Shown here piece by piece: positions 8,996-19,115 of a stretch of 64,000 nt of DNA (positions are counted from its first letter, which is position 1; each line of letters starts with the position of its first letter). Source of the DNA: a virus (Duplodnaviria; Caudoviricetes). A model generated the notes under the pieces. That model had not been told where the DNA came from. It was given only the letters and a program-made list of their open reading frames with translations, and ran no database searches. The translations under genes were made by a program, and so were the position numbers. The DNA lies in the IMG/VR virus record IMGVR_UViG_3300012983_000035, positions 1-64,000 of that record, one strand, 5' to 3'.

Positions 8996-10387
8996 TTGAA
9001 TATGATAAATGGTGTTATCCAGTCAGATAGACCTAATATCGGATTTACCAACAATCATTCCAGAAGATTTACTAAAGGTAAAAAGAAACCTATGAAACGT
9101 AAATCTGATGAAATGATCAATAAATTGAAAAGCGATGGTTTATTGTCAGGGTTGACATTTAAATCTAAGTATTGCTTTTTTGTTGGAAAACTTAATTCTG
9201 AAGAAAAAACCGAATTCGGTAAACTTACAGGTTATTTGACAGAAAGCGAATTGACATCACAATCTGATGATAAAAATTATAAGATGTCTCAGAATTGGTG
9301 GACATTAGAAAAAGAAATTGATGATGCTTCTACAACAGAAATGTCAACAATTCTTGATAAATATCTTTCTTTCCCAGATGCTAAGGAAAGATGTAAATTT
9401 AATGTATATGGAACAATCGATTTTGGAATTAATCTTTCTGGATTAAATCTTGTAAAAGATGATAATGACAATAGTATTGTTAAATACCCATACGGTGCAA
9501 TTTTCTTTGGTGACTCTAAGAATTCTAGAGATATGATTAAAGGAAAAGTTGCATGTGTTCCATCATGTGCTGAAACTCTTATTAAAGAGAAAAATGATTA
9601 TTTTGCACCTATTGAAGATTCTTTATTTAATATCAACGGAGTTATTAAAACTAACGGTAGATTGTGTCTATTCTACGTTGATGGTGAAGAGTCTGATGAC
9701 GATGGTGTTGAAATGTATCCATCTATAAAGGTTGTGGAAATTTTAGTTTCAGTTATTAGAAATAAATCTAATTCTATTAAGAATGGATTTATTGAAAAAA
9801 TGTTTGTAAGCAGAGTTGAACAGAATGAAGTTGTTGTAGAAGACGTTGCTGATTATGTTCTTACAATTGCATTTGCAAAAAATGAAACTGAAATAAATAA
9901 AGATACTATTATTCATAATGCCGCAGACTACATATGGATGATAGGAAAAAATTATACAGATTATAATATTTCTGAAGAAGGATTTGTTGAACGACGATCA
10001 GATTTAGGATTAGAAGCTTCACAGCTCCATATTGGTGAAGAATATCGTAAACAAGCTTCTAAAAATAAACCTAAGAAATTCACTAAAGTTGAACCAGAAA
10101 TAAAAGTTTCAAACATTGTTGAAGAAGACCAAGATGATACCGTTACAGATGATAAGTCATCTTTTGTAGAAACTTCTGAAAAAGCGATGGATGAAAAACT
10201 TGCTGAAATCGTTGAAACAAATGAAAAAGAAGCTATCGACGATATCCCAGGTGATGAAGTACCAATAGATTTAAATCCTGAAGGAATTGAAATCGATGAT
10301 AGTGAAGAAACGGATGAACAGATAGAGGTAGGTGTAGATTTTGATGAAAACGAAGAAGATACATCTGAACCTTTTGAAATAGGTTAA
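8996..10387 (+). CDS. Hypothetical protein with acidic C-terminal tail
   Basis: 463 aa; AGGAGG RBS; D/E-rich final ~90 aa. Confidence 0.8.
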   Translation: MNMINGVIQSDRPNIGFTNNHSRRFTKGKKKPMKRKSDEMINKLKSDGLLSGLTFKSKYCFFVGKLNSEEKTEFGKLTGYLTESELTSQSDDKNYKMSQNWWTLEKEIDDASTTEMSTILDKYLSFPDAKERCKFNVYGTIDFGINLSGLNLVKDDNDNSIVKYPYGAIFFGDSKNSRDMIKGKVACVPSCAETLIKEKNDYFAPIEDSLFNINGVIKTNGRLCLFYVDGEESDDDGVEMYPSIKVVEILVSVIRNKSNSIKNGFIEKMFVSRVEQNEVVVEDVADYVLTIAFAKNETEINKDTIIHNAADYIWMIGKNYTDYNISEEGFVERRSDLGLEASQLHIGEEYRKQASKNKPKKFTKVEPEIKVSNIVEEDQDDTVTDDKSSFVETSEKAMDEKLAEIVETNEKEAIDDIPGDEVPIDLNPEGIEIDDSEETDEQIEVGVDFDENEEDTSEPFEIG

Positions 10388-10423
10388 CTTGGTTAGCTAA
10401 TCTTACATTATAGGAGAACTACT

Positions 10424-10825
10424 ATGGCAACAACACGCGTGAAAACTGAAAAATCAGCTAAAAAGCCAGTAGCAAAAGCAACACCAGCTAAAACAACTAG
10501 TGCTAAGAAAGCTGCACCACCAGCAGCTAAAGCACCGGCTAAGAAAGCTGCTCCTGCTAAAGCTACAACAAAACCAGCTGTTAAGAAAGCTAGCACTGTT
10601 AAAAGTGCTCCAGCTAAAAAGCCAGTAGCAAAAGCAACACCAGCTAAAACAACTAGTGCTAAGAAAGCTGCACCAGCAGCTAAAGCACCGGCTAAGAAAA
10701 CAGTAGCAACAAAAGCAACTACTGTTAAAAAGCCAGCTGCTAAACCAGCACCAGCTAAAAAAGCTGCTCCTGCTAAAGCTACAACAAAACCAGCTGTTAA
10801 AAAATCTGCTACAAAGGGTCATTAG
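10424..10825 (+). CDS. Histone H1-like (Lys/Ala/Pro repeat) DNA-binding protein
   Basis: [21 protein letters not shown] repeats; AGGAG RBS; internal DNA duplication ~10455-10520 and ~10611-10676. Confidence 0.8.
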   Translation: MATTRVKTEKSAKKPVAKATPAKTTSAKKAAPPAAKAPAKKAAPAKATTKPAVKKASTVKSAPAKKPVAKATPAKTTSAKKAAPAAKAPAKKTVATKATTVKKPAAKPAPAKKAAPAKATTKPAVKKSATKGH

Positions 10826-10896
10826 GCCACGAGCCTAAGAAATCAGTTAAACCAAAAACGCCCTTAATCAAGGTTACCAAAGAAGGCGTAAAACTT

Positions 10897-11166
10897 ATGC
10901 CTAGGAAAGAGAGTAACGTAGCTGTTAAGCATATTCCGACCAAAAGTGAAGTCAAGGAATCTACTAATAAGATGATTAAGGCTATTGCTTTTTCTGATAA
11001 GGAACCTTTGAAAGTGGCATTAGAAGTAGAGCATGATACAAAAAATACAGTAGTCCAATCAACAGTCTTTAGTAAAAAGAAAACTGGAGCGATTGCTCCA
11101 TCAGGAGAAGCTAAAGTTTTTGAAAAGATTATTGTATTTAAAGACGATTCTAACTCACTTCAGTAA
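10897..11166 (+). CDS. Hypothetical protein
   Basis: 89-aa ORF followed by a terminator hairpin (~11176-11210). Confidence 0.6.
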   Translation: MPRKESNVAVKHIPTKSEVKESTNKMIKAIAFSDKEPLKVALEVEHDTKNTVVQSTVFSKKKTGAIAPSGEAKVFEKIIVFKDDSNSLQ

Positions 11167-11215
11167 ATGTAATTGACTGGATCGGAATTAACCGATCCAG
11201 TTTAATTTTTAGTTA

Positions 11216-11230
11216 TATATTATTTATTTG
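11216..11230 (+). promoter_or_regulatory. Phage promoter motif TATATT-N7-TG
   Basis: tatatt-atttatt-tg upstream of tmk. Confidence 0.65.
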
Positions 11231-11301
11231 ACATTAAGTTGTATGGAATAAGGAGGTTATTTTCATGGACTTATTTGATTATAGTTTATTGGAGGATAAA
11301 A

Positions 11302-12171
11302 GTGTCAAAAAATCGAAAGAATAATGTATTTATTTTTGAGGGTCCGGATGTTTCAGGAAAGACAACACAAGTTAGCAAAGTTAAACAGGTGTTAGAATCC
11401 CATGGGTTAAAAGTAGGTATGTTAAAATATCCACATGTTGGAGAAGCTCACGCAAATGAAGTTTATAGATTACTGAACGCTTCTAGAGCAGAATCCACAG
11501 ATATAAACAATATTGTAAAAATGGCATTTTACAATATGATTAATAAATACAATACATTTGACCAATTATTGGAATTATCTAATACATGTGATGTTGTCTT
11601 GATTGATAGATATATCTTATCGTCGTTGGTTTACGATTATGCTAGAATAGCTGATCTTGTAAATCTTCATGACAATAAAAATAAAGATCTTGATACATCA
11701 TTTTGTGAAAAAATAACAACAGTATCTAGGTTATCAAATAAATATGTAAATATATTGGTAGATATGCTTTTACTAAAAACACAAAATAAGAAATTTCCGT
11801 TTAAACACGTGATATTCAGAAAAAGTAAAGCAATATCTGTTTTATCGGATTCAAGTAGAGAATATACTTCTACTGATAAAAACAAGTATTTACAGAAAGT
11901 AGTAGAATCTTGTTATAATACGATATATATTCCTGAAGATAAAAAAGATTTACTTTGGTTGAGGAACAATTGTGAAGAATTTGAATTAGCTATATTAGCA
12001 GTAAATAATTTCTTTGAAAATTGTTGCGATAAAGGTAAAGGAATAATAATCGATACTGATAAGATTATAAACTATGAAAAAGATAATCTTTCTAAAGAAG
12101 GTTTAATAACTTCTTTAGAATCTGTTACATCAGAAATTACTAATTATATATTGAAGGAGATTAAAAGATGA
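11302..12171 (+). CDS. tmk: Thymidylate (dNMP) kinase
   Basis: FIFEGPDVSGKTT P-loop and LIDRY motif; GTG start after GGAGG. Confidence 0.85.
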   Translation: MSKNRKNNVFIFEGPDVSGKTTQVSKVKQVLESHGLKVGMLKYPHVGEAHANEVYRLLNASRAESTDINNIVKMAFYNMINKYNTFDQLLELSNTCDVVLIDRYILSSLVYDYARIADLVNLHDNKNKDLDTSFCEKITTVSRLSNKYVNILVDMLLLKTQNKKFPFKHVIFRKSKAISVLSDSSREYTSTDKNKYLQKVVESCYNTIYIPEDKKDLLWLRNNCEEFELAILAVNNFFENCCDKGKGIIIDTDKIINYEKDNLSKEGLITSLESVTSEITNYILKEIKR

Positions 12172-13982
12172 GAACTTTAAATCTTAAGGATTACGGAACA
12201 GTTAAAAGTATACTTGACACTTATTTTGACCATATTGTTGAAATTAACGAATTGGCCACAAAAATAAGAATTGGTTATCCAGATGTGTCTATGTATAACA
12301 TCAACGATTGTAAATCAATTACATCATTGGTATTGACACCGTTTAGAGGATACGAAGCATACAATAAACGTATGAATGCATGCTGTGTTGAGCATTATGG
12401 TAACGAACCTGATATTTTTACATTGTTTGAAAACATCGTTTACAATTTACCTGATAGCGACAATGCTGTTGAATTGGGAGAAAAGATAGAAAAGATTTTT
12501 AATTATCTTGTTGATAATTTTGATGCTTCTGTAATATATAGAGAATGTGTAGCGACAAATTATCAATATAAATATATTAGTAAAAAATCTTTATTAAGAT
12601 GCGCAGCATTAGCCAGAGAATCAAGCAAATCAACGGTTAATTCTCCATCTAGAATCCCAGACCATTTGACTTTTAAAACTGCTGATGAATTGATTGAATT
12701 TATTTCTACTCCTATTGATACTATAAATAAATTCATTGTTATTGATTCTGAAAAAGACGCTAAAACTTCTGTGTTGATAAAAAGTATCGTTAACAATGAA
12801 ATAAACACAGCTGATATATTTAAAGCGTATAGAGACGAATTTGTTAGCTGGGTTAAAGTAGAAGATCTACCAACCAGAACAGATAAGAATAAATTCCCAT
12901 TAATTCACTATACAAATTTCAGTCAGTTCTTTATCTATGCTTTCAGAAATCTTATGAATTCTGGAGATATTAACTCTGTCATCGATACCTATACAGATTC
13001 AATTGATGGACAAGACGATAAAACTTTAATTGATCATGTAAATGATCAAATTGCTTTATTGAAAAACTACAGATATTTCATAACAGCTATGTTTCATGAA
13101 GTAGTAGTGTCAGAAGATTTGGCAAAATATATTCTTCCAGTTGAATTTATTCTATATGTGCTTTCAGTTAAACCTAAAAAGAATTGTGCAGCTTATCAGG
13201 TACATGAATTATTCAGAGCATTGTATCTTAAAGCAGACTATGTGTCTGAAAGAATAAATGACTGTTACGTACATTTTATCGATCATGATCAAGTTGATGA
13301 AAGAGATATTTGGTTTACAAGTTGTTTACAAATGTTAATGGGATTCAATAATGGTTCTGTTGAAATCGTTTCTCCTATTTATTATATGGAGAATATTTAT
13401 AGATCTTCTTTATACAATAGTTTATCTTATACTAGATTTATTAGAGGAATGGTTGAAACAGTTAATGGAATTCAACAGTACATTGATAAAGAACCTGTAA
13501 ACGTTGACATAAATACCTCAGACGACGAGCTTATTGATATTGTAGACTCATATATCAAATATATTAATGATAAACTTAACGAGGAATCTAGTTCTGAAAA
13601 AGTTTCTGAAGACGATAAAGATATGACAGAATATTATAAAAATAAAATTGAGGTTTTAGAAGATATTAAAGATAGCATAAATTATGCTTCTAGTTTATTT
13701 GACGATAATGTGAAAGCTTTTGATAAACTTGATAAAAATTGTAAAGCAATTACAGAAGCTGATAATTTCATTAGAGCCGATTATTCTGATATCTCATATA
13801 ATGGTCTTGAGGACAGTGATAAGTTACCTATTTGGCCTATTAGAGTTATTCTTGAACAATCATCAGATGAACAACAAGTTGATTCAGAAAAAGTATCAGA
13901 AGCACAAAGGAATTTAAGAGATCTTAAACCTGGTGATATCTTTAAGAAATATGAAATGACTTCTAAATCTCCTTGTCGTTAA
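12168..13982 (+). CDS. Hypothetical protein
   Basis: 604 aa; start overlaps the tmk stop (ATGA). Confidence 0.8.
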   Translation: MRTLNLKDYGTVKSILDTYFDHIVEINELATKIRIGYPDVSMYNINDCKSITSLVLTPFRGYEAYNKRMNACCVEHYGNEPDIFTLFENIVYNLPDSDNAVELGEKIEKIFNYLVDNFDASVIYRECVATNYQYKYISKKSLLRCAALARESSKSTVNSPSRIPDHLTFKTADELIEFISTPIDTINKFIVIDSEKDAKTSVLIKSIVNNEINTADIFKAYRDEFVSWVKVEDLPTRTDKNKFPLIHYTNFSQFFIYAFRNLMNSGDINSVIDTYTDSIDGQDDKTLIDHVNDQIALLKNYRYFITAMFHEVVVSEDLAKYILPVEFILYVLSVKPKKNCAAYQVHELFRALYLKADYVSERINDCYVHFIDHDQVDERDIWFTSCLQMLMGFNNGSVEIVSPIYYMENIYRSSLYNSLSYTRFIRGMVETVNGIQQYIDKEPVNVDINTSDDELIDIVDSYIKYINDKLNEESSSEKVSEDDKDMTEYYKNKIEVLEDIKDSINYASSLFDDNVKAFDKLDKNCKAITEADNFIRADYSDISYNGLEDSDKLPIWPIRVILEQSSDEQQVDSEKVSEAQRNLRDLKPGDIFKKYEMTSKSPCR

Positions 13983-13998
13983 TTTAAAGAGGTATTAG

Positions 13999-14283
13999 AT
14001 GTTTGTATTATTTGGAACAAACAATCCGGAGCATAGCACTGTGGCTTTCAGAGGAGTCACACGAGTTTACACGTCAATTGCACCTAAAAATGATAAAACA
14101 AAATACATCAAAGATGAACGTGTACGTGATGCTGGTATTATCATGGCACCAACTTCAAAACCAAGAGAAGATGAAAACGTAAAATATGTTTATGTTGTAG
14201 AATTCTTTGATGGTTCGGAACCAATGGTATTGCCAACTGATGAATTCGTAATGAGCTTTGTTAACGAAAAAGACTCGTTTTAA
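13999..14283 (+). CDS. Hypothetical protein
   Basis: 94 aa; GAGG RBS. Confidence 0.7.
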   Translation: MFVLFGTNNPEHSTVAFRGVTRVYTSIAPKNDKTKYIKDERVRDAGIIMAPTSKPREDENVKYVYVVEFFDGSEPMVLPTDEFVMSFVNEKDSF

Positions 14284-14295
14284 CGATAAACAATA

Positions 14296-14323
14296 AATAA
14301 CCCGGGTTAAAGCCCGGGTTATT
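14296..14323. terminator. Bidirectional terminator
   Basis: aataacccggg-ttaaag-cccgggttatt plus T-run, between convergent genes. Confidence 0.8.
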
Positions 14324-14332
14324 TTTTTTTGA

Positions 14333-15142
14333 TTATAATATAATTATAGGTTGGTAATCTTCATCTGAAAGATTTCTTTCTTTTAATATACCGATAAGTT
14401 TTACAAAATCTGTATAATCTTTATTTTTTATTTTGATATAGTTATAAGATTTTGATTTTATTACAGCCTCATCTTTTAGTTTTTCTTTGACTTTATCTAC
14501 TGCTATGATTTTTGGATGTTTATTAGGATTATCTCCACCATCTTTTACCTCAATTATAGTTGGATATTTTTTATCAAAGATCATTATAAAATCTGGTATA
14601 TAGATGTGTTTTTCATTCTCGAAGATATATTCAAATGTAACTGGACATTCTTGTATCTCATTTGGACTTACATTTAATTCTTTATCATAGAAAGTTAATA
14701 AATCTAATTCGTATGATCCTACATAATGTAGTTGTGTTTTTCCGTCTGAGAAAGTATAGACACCTGATATTGAACGATTGTTTAAAAGATTTTTTTGAAC
14801 TTCTATATCTTTCATTCTCTCGGTTCTGTTTTTACCTGTCTTTTTAATTAGATTTTTCTCAGCTATTTCGCCAGCTTTCTTTTTACATTCAGGTGAACAG
14901 AAACGTTCATATCTTCCTGCTTCTTCATTCCAAGCTGTTTTATTTTTCTTACAGATGACACATAATGAGAAATCTTTTTTATTTCGTCTATTAAAACAAT
15001 ATTGTTTAGGTGTCATTCCATCTTTTATCTTATCGCTATGTTCCAGTTTAACGTGATTTAATAAAAATCCCATTGAGGTGTATCTATTTTTACAATCAGG
15101 GCATTTGAATTTTGGTTTTTTATAATTATCTATTGTGTCCAT
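14333..15142 (-). CDS. C2H2 zinc finger + TnsA-like PD-(D/E)xK endonuclease
   Basis: CPDC...HVKLEH, CVIC...CSPEC, YIPDF...IIEVKD. Confidence 0.7.
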   Translation of the reverse strand: MDTIDNYKKPKFKCPDCKNRYTSMGFLLNHVKLEHSDKIKDGMTPKQYCFNRRNKKDFSLCVICKKNKTAWNEEAGRYERFCSPECKKKAGEIAEKNLIKKTGKNRTERMKDIEVQKNLLNNRSISGVYTFSDGKTQLHYVGSYELDLLTFYDKELNVSPNEIQECPVTFEYIFENEKHIYIPDFIMIFDKKYPTIIEVKDGGDNPNKHPKIIAVDKVKEKLKDEAVIKSKSYNYIKIKNKDYTDFVKLIGILKERNLSDEDYQPIIIL

Positions 15143-15320
15143 TTTTAATAACCTCTTTATCGTTTGGTTGTTTATGTTTAGAGTTTAAATATTCTTCTCT
15201 TGCTTTAGTCATAGCTATATTAAACCCTATTTGATCATCTTTAAACTTGTTTTTGTATATTGTATATAGATTAAAATAATCGTGATCTATTTGGTCGTCA
15301 TAGTATATTGAATTCATCAC
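15126..15320 (-). CDS. Hypothetical protein
   Basis: 64 aa; AGAGG RBS; upstream GACA-N6-TG motif. Confidence 0.55.
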   Translation of the reverse strand: MMNSIYYDDQIDHDYFNLYTIYKNKFKDDQIGFNIAMTKAREEYLNSKHKQPNDKEVIKNGHNR

Positions 15321-15400
15321 ATTGTAACCTCTTTTTAATTCATTTTGATGTCAAAATGTGATACGAAGTATATATTGTATTATTGATATAGGAGGCAAAA

Positions 15401-15727
15401 ATGGGTAATTTTAAGAGTTCATTATCGTTTTCAACAGATGACATTTATTTACAGGCTAAAACTGATATTGAGAAAAATGTTGTTATTAATATAGACGATT
15501 CTAATTTACTAAATCCAACTGTAAACGTCTTGTTGAGTATACCTGTAAAAGATATCAATAAGATATTGTATGGTAAAGACGGATGTGTTGATTGTGGTAA
15601 AAATCTTAAATCTAGTATTTTAAAGAATATATTTGATTCTATTAAACGAAAGATTAAAGAAAGGAACGAGGGTCCTATAATGATAGATTTTATTACAGGT
15701 AAAAGAATTTTTAATGAAGGAGAATAA
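15401..15727 (+). CDS. Hypothetical protein
   Basis: 108 aa; AGGAGG RBS; TATATT-N7-TG at 15371. Confidence 0.75.
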   Translation: MGNFKSSLSFSTDDIYLQAKTDIEKNVVINIDDSNLLNPTVNVLLSIPVKDINKILYGKDGCVDCGKNLKSSILKNIFDSIKRKIKERNEGPIMIDFITGKRIFNEGE

Positions 15728-15732
15728 TAGAT

Positions 15733-16074
15733 ATGGAATTGAATCTAGATGATAATGGATATGTTGTAGGTTGGACTTTAGATGAATCAGATAAAGAATT
15801 AAGTTCTGATGAAGTTCGTAAAAAACTCATCGATCTTATAACAGATTATAAAACTAAAAAGATTGCTGAAATAAATGAATCTAAGGAAACAATTATAGAT
15901 AAGATAAATTCAGATAAAGAAAATACTATATTTGAAATGAATGTAATCAAAGATAGAGCTATAGTTGAGATGAATGAGATAAATGAAAAAGCTAAAGTTG
16001 ATATGAATGTTGTTAAAGAAAAAGCTATATCAGAGATGAATAAGATAAAAGAAAAATATATTTCAAGCAATTAA
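15733..16074 (+). CDS. 11-residue-repeat coiled-coil protein
   Basis: KETIIDKINSD/KENTIFEMNVI/KDRAIVEMNEI/KEKAISEMNKI. Confidence 0.7.
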   Translation: MELNLDDNGYVVGWTLDESDKELSSDEVRKKLIDLITDYKTKKIAEINESKETIIDKINSDKENTIFEMNVIKDRAIVEMNEINEKAKVDMNVVKEKAISEMNKIKEKYISSN

Positions 16075-16217
16075 CTTGGTACGAGGCTATAAAGCCTCGT
16101 ATTTTTTTTTCATTTAACTTACCTTTTAGATTAGTTAATATAATATTGTAATAGATCAACAATTGTCGTTGACAACTGGTTTATTATAAATATAATACTA
16201 ATATAGAGGTAATTACT

Positions 16218-16616
16218 ATGAAATTTATCTTTAACGATGATAGCTATGAGATTAAACTTGACGAAATTGATACTAAAATTGACACTGAAGTGTTTGAAAA
16301 AATGCTGAACACAATGAAAGAAATAAAGATTAGCGAAATTAATCGCGAAAGAGATATCGAAATATCAAAATCAAATGGAGAAAAAGAATCTGATATAGTT
16401 GATTCTAATAATAAAAAAGAATTAGAAATAGCTAAACTTAATTGCGATAAAGAGAAAACAATATCTGATTCAAATAACGATAAAGAATTGTCTATAGCAA
16501 CATTAAATTGCAATAAAGAAGTGACTATAGCTAATTCAAATAATGTGAAGGAATTGTATTTAAATTTGAATCGTTCATTTTATAGTTTCCCATCACTTCC
16601 TAATACTAACAATTAG
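16218..16616 (+). CDS. 11-residue-repeat coiled-coil protein (paralogue of the preceding gene)
   Basis: KELEIAKLNCD/KEKTISDSNND/KELSIATLNCN/KEVTIANSNNV. Confidence 0.7.
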   Translation: MKFIFNDDSYEIKLDEIDTKIDTEVFEKMLNTMKEIKISEINRERDIEISKSNGEKESDIVDSNNKKELEIAKLNCDKEKTISDSNNDKELSIATLNCNKEVTIANSNNVKELYLNLNRSFYSFPSLPNTNN

Positions 16617-16688
16617 TATTATAAATAAAGAGAGATACAAATGATCTCTCTTTATTTTTTTATTATATTTTATTCAATAATAGACCGT

Positions 16689-16700
16689 AACATTTCAATG
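16689..16700 (+). promoter_or_regulatory. Second promoter motif (A/G)AC(A/T)-N6-TG
   Basis: aaca-tttcaa-tg; also on + at 17941, 19839, 20654, 25431, 32843, 40598, 51871 and on - at 15341, 19819, 32816. Confidence 0.6.
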
Positions 16701-16725
16701 AAATTGTAATTTTGGGAATAAAATT

Positions 16726-17154
16726 ATGAATAATGTGAATAAAAAACTAAAGAAAGCTGATTTTGTACCAGTGTACAATGAGAATTCAGATTTTAAAAAA
16801 GTCAGTGAATACGATTTAGTTAAAATCAATTCTATCGTTGTGCCTGTTATGAATATAATATGTATGGAAAAAGGTTCAAATCAGTTATTTCCTAACATGG
16901 GTGTAAGAAATATATTAATGTCAATACCATTCAAAGAAAGGGATGAAATTGATGCTGTTTTATATGCTGTGTCTAGCGGAATAACCGAATATATAAGCTC
17001 CTCTGTATCAGTAACATTAGATCAAGATAAAACAAATTTTGTAACTGGTGAAGTTGCTATTAAGATTGAGATGGAAGGAGTTCCAATTTCCTTATCAGTT
17101 CAAACAGATAAGTATGGATTTTTTAAAGTACATAAGCGCTCTCTTTATAAGTAG
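16726..17154 (+). CDS. Putative baseplate wedge (gp25-like) protein
   Basis: 142 aa with MEKGSNQLFPNMGV, resembling the gp25-family G-x4-P-x-F/M-G motif. Confidence 0.45.
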   Translation: MNNVNKKLKKADFVPVYNENSDFKKVSEYDLVKINSIVVPVMNIICMEKGSNQLFPNMGVRNILMSIPFKERDEIDAVLYAVSSGITEYISSSVSVTLDQDKTNFVTGEVAIKIEMEGVPISLSVQTDKYGFFKVHKRSLYK

Positions 17155-17162
17155 GGTAGAGT

Positions 17163-17879
17163 ATGAGTGGTGAATATGACGATATTGACTTTTCTGACCA
17201 TACGTTTAGTGCACCTGTATCAGATGATGTAGCACCAGATATGCCTAAAAAAATCGAGTATGTTACAGCAGATTATGACTCAACTGAGTTTGAAATTATA
17301 TCTCCTGAGGAAGCTCAGATGGAGCACATTAGAGAAATGAAAAATCAGAGATTCGCAAACTCAGATTTTGGATCTGCTGTGAATAATATAGAACAACGAT
17401 TGGGAAGAGAGATAACTGTAGACGAATTTGATAAATTGTGTAGATCATATGCTACATTCCTTTGTGAAGAAGACGAAAAGATTTCAAAAAATAAAAGAGT
17501 ATCTGATCCTTCTGTTAGACAAGGATACTATGATGATCTTATAAACAATAGACCTGTAAGACGAGTTATTAGAAAAGGATATGAAACTATAGAGCAACAG
17601 AAAGTAGCAGAAATTGATGCTGAATTACAACGAGTTAAATCTATGAATATAGAAGAACTTAGCGTCAAATCTGGTAAACCTATAAACTTTAGATATAAAG
17701 GAAAGGTTAAAATTTCTGAGAATAGTGATGGAAATATCTACATTATAAACAATGGAGATGATGTTAAACTCTTGAATATGAGAAATAGACAAGAGTGGCT
17801 TGATAAACATTTTCCTGATGAAATAGCTGAGGGGAAAGGTGAAGTTAAAAGTGTTCATAATGATGAAGGTTTTGTATAA
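17163..17879 (+). CDS. Hypothetical protein
   Basis: 238-aa ORF. Confidence 0.75.
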   Translation: MSGEYDDIDFSDHTFSAPVSDDVAPDMPKKIEYVTADYDSTEFEIISPEEAQMEHIREMKNQRFANSDFGSAVNNIEQRLGREITVDEFDKLCRSYATFLCEEDEKISKNKRVSDPSVRQGYYDDLINNRPVRRVIRKGYETIEQQKVAEIDAELQRVKSMNIEELSVKSGKPINFRYKGKVKISENSDGNIYIINNGDDVKLLNMRNRQEWLDKHFPDEIAEGKGEVKSVHNDEGFV

Positions 17880-17964
17880 TGATTAACTAGGGTCCATGAT
17901 AGACCCTAGTTATTTTTCAATTATATATTATACCTCAGACAACTTACCTTTGAGGAGATTAATT

Positions 17965-19077
17965 ATGGTTAAAAAGATAGCAGCTATAGCAGACGTACAT
18001 TGGGGTGCTTCCTCGACTATGACAACAAAACTTAATGATAATTTAAATAAATTCTTTTTAGATAAGTTGAAAATATTGGATCCCGATATAATAGCAATCT
18101 GTGGGGATTATTTTCATTTTAAACTTCCTATGACTTCTGTTGAAGCACAGTTAGCTGTTTCATTTATGGGAAAATTAAAACAAACGTTTCCTAATAAATA
18201 CATTCTTTTAATAAAAGGAACAGAAACCCATGACCTCAATCAATTAGAGATGTTTAGACAATTAGAAGACAAATATTTTAGGATATATAATAATTTTACT
18301 GTCGATATGATTGATGATATGAAAATTCTTATTATACCTGAAGAATATTTTCCTAATAAGGATACGTATTCTGAGGTGCTAAATCCTGCTGTAAAGTATG
18401 ATTGGGTTTTCTTTCATGGGTTATTTTCTCATGCTGGAAACTACGCAGCTAAAGCAGGAAATAAATTCAATAAGATTTGTTTTAATACATCAGATTTTAC
18501 AAACAATGTTTACGGTAGAGTAACAGGCGGTCACATTCACGATCATATAGTTAAAGACAATGTCGATTATTGTGGTTCATTTGATGCGTGGATATTTGGT
18601 GAAAAACCTGAAAAAGGTTTTATGTATTACGAATATGATACAGTTAATAAAACTGTGACGCATAATGAATTCATATTGAATGAAGGTAGACAAATATATA
18701 AAACTATAAGTCATAAGGATTTACCATGTAATAATATAGATGATCTCATTAAATCTATTTTTGATATATTATCTGATAAAAGTATAACTGCATTGAGAAT
18801 AAAAGTATCTAGAAACGATACTGTTACCGACACCGACACCGAAATACAAAATCTAGTGTCAGCGTCTATGAAATTTTCAAATGTTGTTTTATATAAAGAA
18901 GCAATCAATGTAGTTAAAGATAAAACTTCTGAGGAAAAGAAAGAAGATGAAGAACGTAAAAAGAGAATAAATGAATATTCTGATTTAACGTTTAATCAGA
19001 TAACAAAGAAATTTGCAAAAGAAGTATTGAATTATAATATATCAGATGAGCAAATTAACGAAGTATTATCGAATTAA
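17965..19077 (+). CDS. SbcD/Mre11-family metallophosphoesterase nuclease
   Basis: ADVHWG, CGDYFH, KGTETHD, FHG, GGHIH and YCGS motifs; start after GAGGAG. Confidence 0.88.
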   Translation: MVKKIAAIADVHWGASSTMTTKLNDNLNKFFLDKLKILDPDIIAICGDYFHFKLPMTSVEAQLAVSFMGKLKQTFPNKYILLIKGTETHDLNQLEMFRQLEDKYFRIYNNFTVDMIDDMKILIIPEEYFPNKDTYSEVLNPAVKYDWVFFHGLFSHAGNYAAKAGNKFNKICFNTSDFTNNVYGRVTGGHIHDHIVKDNVDYCGSFDAWIFGEKPEKGFMYYEYDTVNKTVTHNEFILNEGRQIYKTISHKDLPCNNIDDLIKSIFDILSDKSITALRIKVSRNDTVTDTDTEIQNLVSASMKFSNVVLYKEAINVVKDKTSEEKKEDEERKKRINEYSDLTFNQITKKFAKEVLNYNISDEQINEVLSN

Positions 19078-19083
19078 TTAAAT

Positions 19084-19110
19084 ACTCCTCCTCTTTAATA
19101 GAGGAGGAGT
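19084..19110. terminator. Bidirectional terminator
   Basis: actcctcctct-ttaat-agaggaggagt between convergent genes. Confidence 0.75.
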
Positions 19111-19115
19111 TGTTT

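Noticed and set aside
10454-10822. Cys/Ser/Phe-rich minus-strand ORF as another cassette
   Set aside because: Antisense of the histone-like repeat gene and lacks both conserved arms.
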